This document shows, piece after piece, positions 57,766 through 64,000 of a stretch of DNA of 64,000 bases. This stretch comes from a virus. Its lineage: Duplodnaviria > Caudoviricetes. A program made the position numbers and the translations under genes. The notes beneath the pieces were generated by a model. The model saw only the letters and a program-made list of their open reading frames with translations. It ran no database searches and was not told the origin of the DNA. Position 1 is the first letter of the stretch, and each line of letters starts with the position of its first letter. The stretch lies in IMG/VR virus record IMGVR_UViG_3300021093_000004; one strand, given 5' to 3'.

Positions 57766-57973
57766 TGATTTCTTGCCGCCAGAAGAACTCGCGTATTGGA
57801 AGGAACGAGTCGAAACCGGCGAAGAATCGGTCTGTTTATACGGGGACGACATCAAAAAACACGGAATTATATAAGAGATGTCGAGAATTAGTCGGTCAAT
57901 CCGACAGATGGTTCATTGCGATCTTCGATAGTATTGAAATGGCGATTGCCTCTTGAATATATTTCGTGATTAT

Positions 57974-58058
57974 GACCGGATGGTGGAATGGTAGACACTA
58001 GGGACTTAAAATCCCTTGCTCTGTAACGGGCGTGAGGGTTCGACTCCCTCTCCGGTCA
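57974..58058 (+). tRNA. tRNA-Leu(TAA), intact
   Basis: GACCGGA/TCCGGTC acceptor, loop CTTAAAA, GTTCGACTC. Confidence 0.92.
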
Positions 58059-58066
58059 CTGAATCT

Positions 58067-58092
58067 GGAGGGTATCTGAATGGTTAGGAAGC
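58067..58092 (+). pseudogene. 5' fragment of a Ser-type tRNA
   Basis: GGAGGGTATCTGAATGGTTAGGAAGC matches 57253-57278 at 23/26 nt; no 3' half follows. Confidence 0.5.
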
Positions 58093-58273
58093 TGAAAGCG
58101 TACTACAAGCAGTACACGGCAGTACACGTTCCACATCGATTTATCGCGAGTTCTGTCATTTCGTCACCTCGTGATCTATAATATATATCTGTTATGTCTA
58201 TATATTCTACACAGAGGCGAATAAACAGCAAGTCATTAGAAGAAATGGGGTCGGGCTACCAAAAATTAATTAT

Positions 58274-58297
58274 CGTCTAGGCGATCCAGAGGGCGAC
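58274..58297 (+). repeat. Exact 24-bp direct repeat of 48938-48961
   Basis: CGTCTAGGCGATCCAGAGGGCGAC at both positions. Confidence 0.9.
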
Positions 58298-58316
58298 GGT
58301 CCTCATTATAATCTGG

Positions 58317-58799
58317 TTAATAATCATAATCTGGTTCATAATCATAATCGCCGCCAGACAGCTTATCATATTCTTTCTCGATAACTGTCGCTTCCAATTT
58401 TTCATGGAAGTAGGCTACGGCTGACTTTTTCCAGATTTCCAATTGTTCTAGAGTCGGTTGGATTTCATTGCCGTCTTCATCGTATCCGACGACATCCATA
58501 TTGGTGATTTTGCCGATTTGCACATCGGGACTTTCGGCGGGTGTTTCATATGTGGCTGGATACCAGCCGCCGCTGATGTGTACCTCATAGGTATAAATAA
58601 CGTGGCCGGTAGTCCCCGATGCGTCTAACGGGACTTCTTCATCTTCGTAAGTCCCTTCGCCGCCGCCAGTGTGAGTTCGTTTGTTACCGTATCTTCCCAT
58701 CTCGTTGACGACAGGAGCACTTTCGATCAAGATGTCTGGATCATAGGTGAGCATACTTGCCACTAGATCCACCACATTTTTTTCAACTGGCTTTGGCAT
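58317..58799 (-). CDS. Acidic hypothetical protein (160 aa)
   Basis: GGAGA RBS, CAAAAATA motif upstream. Confidence 0.7.
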   Translation of the reverse strand: MPKPVEKNVVDLVASMLTYDPDILIESAPVVNEMGRYGNKRTHTGGGEGTYEDEEVPLDASGTTGHVIYTYEVHISGGWYPATYETPAESPDVQIGKITNMDVVGYDEDGNEIQPTLEQLEIWKKSAVAYFHEKLEATVIEKEYDKLSGGDYDYEPDYDY

Positions 58800-58846
58800 A
58801 GCGATCTCCTAGTTTTAATATTTTTGCGTCTAGGTAAACATAGTGT

Positions 58847-60277
58847 ATGAAGCTGAAACTCATTACCGAAGGTATATCGTACTTACCAAATTCTGGAGTC
58901 GATCTTGCTCAAATTGAGCAACGACTCCAGGGTGAGGCAAAGGTCAATCAAATTGATTTGATGCAATTTCTTGAGGCTAATGGTACGTTTGTATTCCAAC
59001 CGCAAGATTCTCCAAATGATATTATCAAGATTGAACCATTTCAAAAATCTGTTAATCTCAATATAGCTCCTACCGACCCTGAAGCCCTAGAATCATTTCA
59101 AGGGGCACGGATATACTATGCATATCGTGTGGCTGATCCCGCAGACATCGACCTCGATTTCTACAAAGCAAAACAAGAACCGCCGATTTTACGAGCCCTT
59201 AGTGCTATTTCTCCACCACGAGGAAAATTCAGAAGATTGAATAATCTTGATTCTCTGTCAGCAAAACACCAAGAATTATTGAGAGACCTAAATAGTAAAT
59301 CGGTTCAATATCACAACGATGCCCACCGTGCACAAGTACACGGTGAATTGCAGGGTGACATTGATGTCATAAAACAAGTCGAAGGACTGCTGAAGACAAA
59401 TGGAGTGGAATCAGTCGATGGCCTGAGAAAAATACTTGCTAAATCAACTCGCCGATATAATACAGGCAAGAAAAAACTGTTACCGGCTCTTAAAAATGCT
59501 CTTGGGCATATTATTAAACATCCACGCAATGCACATGAAGCTCAACTGCGTACTACTATATTGGATCAGATTATTAACAAAGTCAATGTAATCGGACAGT
59601 GGGGCGATGGGCACGATGTTTTCCCGGACATTATTGCATACCCAACTTCGACTGTTCGTGCTGGTGAGACTCAAAGTTTCAATCAGGAATTCGCGAATCG
59701 CATCTCTGAAGCATATGGTGGTGTTCCGGTAATTGAAATTGCCAAACGGCCCAGAGAAGACACCACCGATTACTTCGAATCGACTATTGATCGTGCTGCG
59801 CTTCAGCGATTTGCAAATACTATACATAACAAATACTTAACGACGCCGCCAGGTCCGGCGTTAGCGAAAAAAAGGCAAATTACCAGGAAGACACAATTAA
59901 AATATTTGGGGGCAGTTCGATACAACGAAACGATACTCCCAACTGATCCTAGATGGCCTAAGTTGTGGGCTGACAAAGAATTTGCGAAGCTTCAGAAGGG
60001 GCTAGAACGTACGCCGGTTGGTCTACAGCCAACTTATAAATCACTTGCCGGACCATCCGGCAGCATGGGATCTAAACGGCGATACGTACAATTATTTGGG
60101 AAAAGTGCCGGAGTATCCCAATATAATTCGGATGATCAGCTACGAGGGAAAAATGTCTTAATTGTAGATGATAATATTCAGTATGGCGGAACCATGGAAA
60201 CGCTCCACAAATTAGTGAATGAAGCGTCTCCACAGAGTATAACCGTCTTTGTTCCGTTTTATTTCGGAAAGTTCTAG
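58847..60277 (+). CDS. Phosphoribosyltransferase-fold protein (476 aa)
   Basis: C-terminal GKNVLIVDDNIQYGGTM PRPP-loop motif; DIIAYPTS. Confidence 0.65.
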   Translation: MKLKLITEGISYLPNSGVDLAQIEQRLQGEAKVNQIDLMQFLEANGTFVFQPQDSPNDIIKIEPFQKSVNLNIAPTDPEALESFQGARIYYAYRVADPADIDLDFYKAKQEPPILRALSAISPPRGKFRRLNNLDSLSAKHQELLRDLNSKSVQYHNDAHRAQVHGELQGDIDVIKQVEGLLKTNGVESVDGLRKILAKSTRRYNTGKKKLLPALKNALGHIIKHPRNAHEAQLRTTILDQIINKVNVIGQWGDGHDVFPDIIAYPTSTVRAGETQSFNQEFANRISEAYGGVPVIEIAKRPREDTTDYFESTIDRAALQRFANTIHNKYLTTPPGPALAKKRQITRKTQLKYLGAVRYNETILPTDPRWPKLWADKEFAKLQKGLERTPVGLQPTYKSLAGPSGSMGSKRRYVQLFGKSAGVSQYNSDDQLRGKNVLIVDDNIQYGGTMETLHKLVNEASPQSITVFVPFYFGKF

Positions 60278-60360
60278 GCAGGTTATTCATCGGCAAACCA
60301 TAATACCATATTGGTAAGCCATGATTGTAATTCATCGAGGCTGTTCGGATTTAGATCGAC

Positions 60361-60441
60361 CGTATGTGCGCACATACGAGATTCCTACCGTGAATTCTGA
60401 ACCGCCGAGATTCCTACCGTGAATTCTGAACCGCCGAGATT
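60361..60441. repeat. Perfect 18-bp palindrome followed by a 29-bp tandem repeat
   Basis: CGTATGTGCGCACATACG (60361-60378); GAGATTCCTACCGTGAATTCTGAACCGCC at 60378 and 60407, GAGATT at 60436. Confidence 0.9.
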
Positions 60442-60465
60442 ACTGATGACTGTGAATAGCGATCA

Positions 60466-61026
60466 TCATAGAGTCCGATTTTTGCCAGCAGCCCTGTGAT
60501 TATAGCCTTCTCTGTGTTGGTTCGTGGCATGTCGGGGAATCGGTGGCTGTACATGTTGGTTCAATAGGGTAAAGACTTGAAGTAGGAATGCCTGTACGAA
60601 ATCTCCAATACCAGGGCTAGTCTTGTCAGAATTTCCTGCTATGTTCAGGATTTTGATATCGTTCTCGATGATCCAGTTCGACACATCTTCAGGCGTCGTG
60701 GTTTCACGTCTAACGTCAATCGACAGGCTCGGTTTGCCATATTGCCGAATCATTTTCGCGGTGAGTTGTTCTCCCGGTGACACGAAATTCGACGCGAACC
60801 GTATAGTCCCATCTGATTCTTTCACATTTAGAGCGGTGCGTGGTGGGTATTCAGGGCTTTCGTGTTCTTTGATGCCGTATTGGTAAGCGAACTCTGGATG
60901 AGACCCGTCGTGTGCCTTGAAGCCTTTCGGCATCCATCCACCGGTCTTTAACCCGGCTGTAATAGCCGCGTCCAATCCCGCTCGGTCGGCTCCGGTCTGC
61001 CCTCCAGAAATCACTTTGGTTAACAT
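60466..61026 (-). CDS. SLOG-superfamily protein (putative molybdenum carrier / circularly permuted YpsA-like)
   Basis: VISGGQTGADRAGLDAA, GGWMPKG, YPPRT..NV..SDGT, LNIAGN. Confidence 0.85.
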   Translation of the reverse strand: MLTKVISGGQTGADRAGLDAAITAGLKTGGWMPKGFKAHDGSHPEFAYQYGIKEHESPEYPPRTALNVKESDGTIRFASNFVSPGEQLTAKMIRQYGKPSLSIDVRRETTTPEDVSNWIIENDIKILNIAGNSDKTSPGIGDFVQAFLLQVFTLLNQHVQPPIPRHATNQHREGYNHRAAGKNRTL

Positions 61027-61137
61027 GTGGGACCTCCGTTAGTGTTGTTGCATTGTTTACCTTTATTGTTAAATACAGTCTATTTCTGAATGAAGATGTG
61101 GTAGTCAGAATCTGCCGTCTCCCACTAAGGAACAAGC

Positions 61138-61608
61138 ATGTACGATGATAATGGAATGGACGACGACGCTCCGACCAATGATTCAGAATCGACAGAGGAG
61201 TCAGAATCGACAGAGAAGTCAGAATCGACAGAGAAGTCAGAACCGGCAGAGCCGAAAGAAAAGCACTGCGATTACATGGTGGGTTCCGGGTTCGATGCGT
61301 ACCCAAAGATTTATCGCATCGCGTTTCGAGTATATGGTGTCGATTCCGCAGGCGTCAAGCATGTTGTAGTTGAGGTTGATCGGGCTTACATGGTTGGCGT
61401 TGATGTTGAGGATATTGTCGCTCAACTCAAATCAGATCACCTCAACACCGAATTCAATGATCATGATGGTGAAGGGATGTACCATATTATTGGGCAACAA
61501 GTCGTCGTACATTCTGTGCGATACATGGGGATCTTAAACCATATGACGAGCAAGGCCAAGAAGATGTTCGAGATCCCAGACGACGAATTGGACGATCTAG
61601 AATCCTAA
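61138..61608 (+). CDS. Hypothetical protein with an acidic SESTE(E/K) repeat N-terminus
   Basis: AAGGA RBS; 18-bp units at 61183-61254. Confidence 0.7.
   Translation: MYDDNGMDDDAPTNDSESTEESESTEKSESTEKSEPAEPKEKHCDYMVGSGFDAYPKIYRIAFRVYGVDSAGVKHVVVEVDRAYMVGVDVEDIVAQLKSDHLNTEFNDHDGEGMYHIIGQQVVVHSVRYMGILNHMTSKAKKMFEIPDDELDDLES
61183..61254 (+). repeat. 18-bp tandem repeat x4
   Basis: TCAGAATCGACAGAGAAG units, last one degenerate. Confidence 0.85.
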
Positions 61609-61810
61609 GCCGATTTCGTAGGTTGGTTTAGATATATAGGTTTTGAGGCGGCGAATACCGCAGCAATGCGTTTGTAATAGATCGACAATGTGTGCTACAT
61701 TGTCAACAACTCGGACATGTCTGGGTGAAAGGTCTCAAATTATCGACCGAATGATGTGATAGTCAAGGGTTTGGGGCACGTAAAGCGTGCTGCAAACCAT
61801 ATATAGACCC

Positions 61811-62524
61811 ATGAAAATCGCGGTCTGTACATTATTTCGAAATTGTGTAAATGATGTGCTCCATGCCTTTCGCCAACGCGGGGCTTGGAAGCAACAATTG
61901 GGCAATAAATATGACATAGTTCATGTGTGTCTCGAAGGCGACAGTACCGACGCGACCTACGAAACTTTAGAGCAATATCAAAAAAATTTCAATATTGTTT
62001 TAATCAAAAAAGACACTGGCAAACCCCATTATCCTAGCCATGCTATCACAGATCGCTTAATAACACTTGGGCAATTATCGAATATCGCCTTAGAACGAGC
62101 GATGGAAGAAAATCCATCATATATTTTATGGCTTGATTCTGATGTTACTCTACCAAAAGATTATATTCCACGATTACTTGCTCATAATAAAGATGTCGTC
62201 GCTCCGATGTTCTTCTTTGAAAAGAGCTGTTATTTTCGCGACACATGGGGATACCGAGTAGGCGAAACATTATTCACAAATCGATATCCATATTGCAAGA
62301 CGTATCGCAATAATGAATTATTTGAAGTCGATAGTGTCGGACTGCCGTTGATCAACGCGAATGTGATTAAGGCCGGAGCACGATTTGGTAATGAAGAAAT
62401 CGTAGACCTGTGCCGCTCAATAAGAGGACTTGGATTCAAGATTTTCGTTGATCCGTTGGTGGAAGCAACCCACCCACGACATGGTACAATTGTTCCGACA
62501 AACCACGAGAGACATGAGAGATAA
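61811..62524 (+). CDS. GT-A fold glycosyltransferase
   Basis: EGDSTDAT, ILWLDSDV (DxD), DVVAP, GFKIFVDP. Confidence 0.82.
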   Translation: MKIAVCTLFRNCVNDVLHAFRQRGAWKQQLGNKYDIVHVCLEGDSTDATYETLEQYQKNFNIVLIKKDTGKPHYPSHAITDRLITLGQLSNIALERAMEENPSYILWLDSDVTLPKDYIPRLLAHNKDVVAPMFFFEKSCYFRDTWGYRVGETLFTNRYPYCKTYRNNELFEVDSVGLPLINANVIKAGARFGNEEIVDLCRSIRGLGFKIFVDPLVEATHPRHGTIVPTNHERHER

Positions 62525-62526
62525 TC

Positions 62527-62916
62527 ATGGTCGAGAATCTAATGCACGACGGAGTCTTTTTTGGATACATCTATACTGGAAACGTGCCGGACCAGACCAC
62601 ATTTATCACACCAAATGAATGTCAGCAACAATCTGGATATATCGTCTATCCGAAGGGTTCGGAGATACAAAAACACTATCACAACCCAGTAGAACGCCAC
62701 TTACACACGACTACCGAGGTACTGTTAGTTCTCAAAGGTTCGTGCTTCGTTGATTTTTATCAAGATCAAGAATTTGTATTCAGCCGTCAGTTGCATGCTG
62801 GAAATGTACTTATCATAGTAAATGGCGGCCATGGATTCCGCGTAACTGATGATTTGGTCCTGTTCGAGGTCAAACAAGGACCATATACCGGGCTTCAAGA
62901 GAAGGTTCGATTTTAA
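62527..62916 (+). CDS. Cupin-fold protein (WbuC-like)
   Basis: HYH..VER....TEVL.V.KG, GGHGF, FEVKQGPY. Confidence 0.8.
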   Translation: MVENLMHDGVFFGYIYTGNVPDQTTFITPNECQQQSGYIVYPKGSEIQKHYHNPVERHLHTTTEVLLVLKGSCFVDFYQDQEFVFSRQLHAGNVLIIVNGGHGFRVTDDLVLFEVKQGPYTGLQEKVRF

Positions 62917-64000
62917 TGATTCCAGTTAATACACCAGTGATTGGGCATCCTGAGAAAGAATATGTCGCTCAATGCATGGAAAGCGGCTGGATATCATCGG
63001 TGGGCCGCTTCGTTCCAGAATTTGAAAAATCATGGGCCAATTATTGTGGGTGTGAACATGGTATTGCCGTAACCAATGGTACCCATGCTTTAGAACTTGC
63101 TATAGCCGCCCTTCAATTGCCCAAAGGCAGTGAAATAATCATTCCGAGCCTCACCATCATTTCGTGTGCACTTGCCGCAATTAGAAATGGACTGAAACCG
63201 GTTCTCGTAGATGCTCATCCATATACGTGGTGCATAGACACCGACGCCATCGAAGCCGCGATTACGCCCAACACATCAGCTATTATGGTTGTGCATATTT
63301 ATGGCTACCCTGTCGATATGGACAGTATTCTCACGTTGGCCGCAAAGCACAATCTAAAAATCATCGAAGATGCCGCCGAAGCCCATGGTGCGGAATGCTT
63401 GGTGCGGCAAGAAAAAACGTGGAAACGTTGCGGGAGCATAGGGCATGTCGGATGTTTTAGTTTTTATGGCAATAAAATAATAACCACTGGCGAAGGTGGT
63501 ATGGTGATCACCAATGACAAGACATTGGCTGATCGCATGCGGTCAATTCGAAATCTGTGTTTTGGCGAAGGTGAGAATCGATTTACGCATGTAGGAATTG
63601 GTAATAATTTCAGAATGACGAATATTCAAGCCGCGATAGGGCTTGGGCAAGTATCTCGTATTTCTGACATATTGCGACAGAAACAATTCGTCGGCACATT
63701 TTACCGCCAACAACTTAAGGATCTTGGGGTATACCAATTGCCCCCAGAGTCGCCAGACGCGATCAATGTCTATTGGATGTTTGGGCTGATTAGCTGTGAT
63801 CCACAGCGTCCGGCGTCGTACTTCATCAAGCAATTACGAGATCGCGGGGTTGAATCTCGCCCATTTTTCACCGGATTACATCGTCAACCGATAGGCGTTG
63901 GTGGTGAGTTTCCAGTCTGCGATAAATTGTCGAAGCAAGGCTTTTATATCCCATCCGGTGTTGGATTAACGATTTCTGAACTTGTTTCCGTGTGCTCAGC
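62916..64000 (+). CDS. DegT/DnrJ/EryC1/StrS aminotransferase (perosamine synthase-like), runs off the window end
   Basis: MIPVNTP, GWISS, NGTHALELA, IEDAAEAHG, SFYGNKIITTGEGG; not listed in the ORF track. Confidence 0.92.
   Translation, partial: MIPVNTPVIGHPEKEYVAQCMESGWISSVGRFVPEFEKSWANYCGCEHGIAVTNGTHALELAIAALQLPKGSEIIIPSLTIISCALAAIRNGLKPVLVDAHPYTWCIDTDAIEAAITPNTSAIMVVHIYGYPVDMDSILTLAAKHNLKIIEDAAEAHGAECLVRQEKTWKRCGSIGHVGCFSFYGNKIITTGEGGMVITNDKTLADRMRSIRNLCFGEGENRFTHVGIGNNFRMTNIQAAIGLGQVSRISDILRQKQFVGTFYRQQLKDLGVYQLPPESPDAINVYWMFGLISCDPQRPASYFIKQLRDRGVESRPFFTGLHRQPIGVGGEFPVCDKLSKQGFYIPSGVGLTISELVSVCS

Noticed and set aside
60378-60441. CRISPR mini-array
   Set aside because: The 29-bp units are head-to-tail with no spacers, and no cas operon is nearby. 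The Cas4-like nuclease at 48209 is a common stand-alone phage exonuclease.

Overview
This window is a segment of a large, T4-like contractile-tailed (myo-type) bacteriophage genome read in the standard bacterial code. About 1.5-27 kb is the neck/tail/baseplate module: gp13/14/15-like proteins, a 952-aa sheath, three tube paralogs, gp26/gp51-like proteins, a 1281-aa tape measure, and gp53, gp5/VgrG, gp25 and gp6. A PAS protein, a primase and a WGR protein interrupt it. About 29-47 kb holds a class II ribonucleotide reductase, a UvsW-like helicase, a gp55-like sigma factor, terminase, portal, a 1018-aa core protein, prohead protease, scaffold and major capsid. About 47-64 kb is accessory: nuclease, GNATs, truncated PurB, methyltransferases, a partly decayed tRNA array with a CUA-anticodon tRNA, a PRTase-like protein, a SLOG protein and the start of a nucleotide-sugar cluster. 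Most notable observations: (1) four unrelated ORFs share the N-terminus M-[KR]-L-x-x-I-x-E, a candidate capsid-targeting/prohead-protease tag for injected cargo, and one carries a Tat signal right behind it; (2) a likely +1 frameshift (UCC UUU UUU CGA) joins the gp26-like and gp51-like ORFs; (3) a stand-alone PAS sensor overlaps a membrane-anchored coiled-coil gene; (4) an amber-anticodon tRNA; (5) an exact 24-bp direct repeat brackets a 9.3-kb accessory block. All protein calls come from motif recognition by eye, not database searches.
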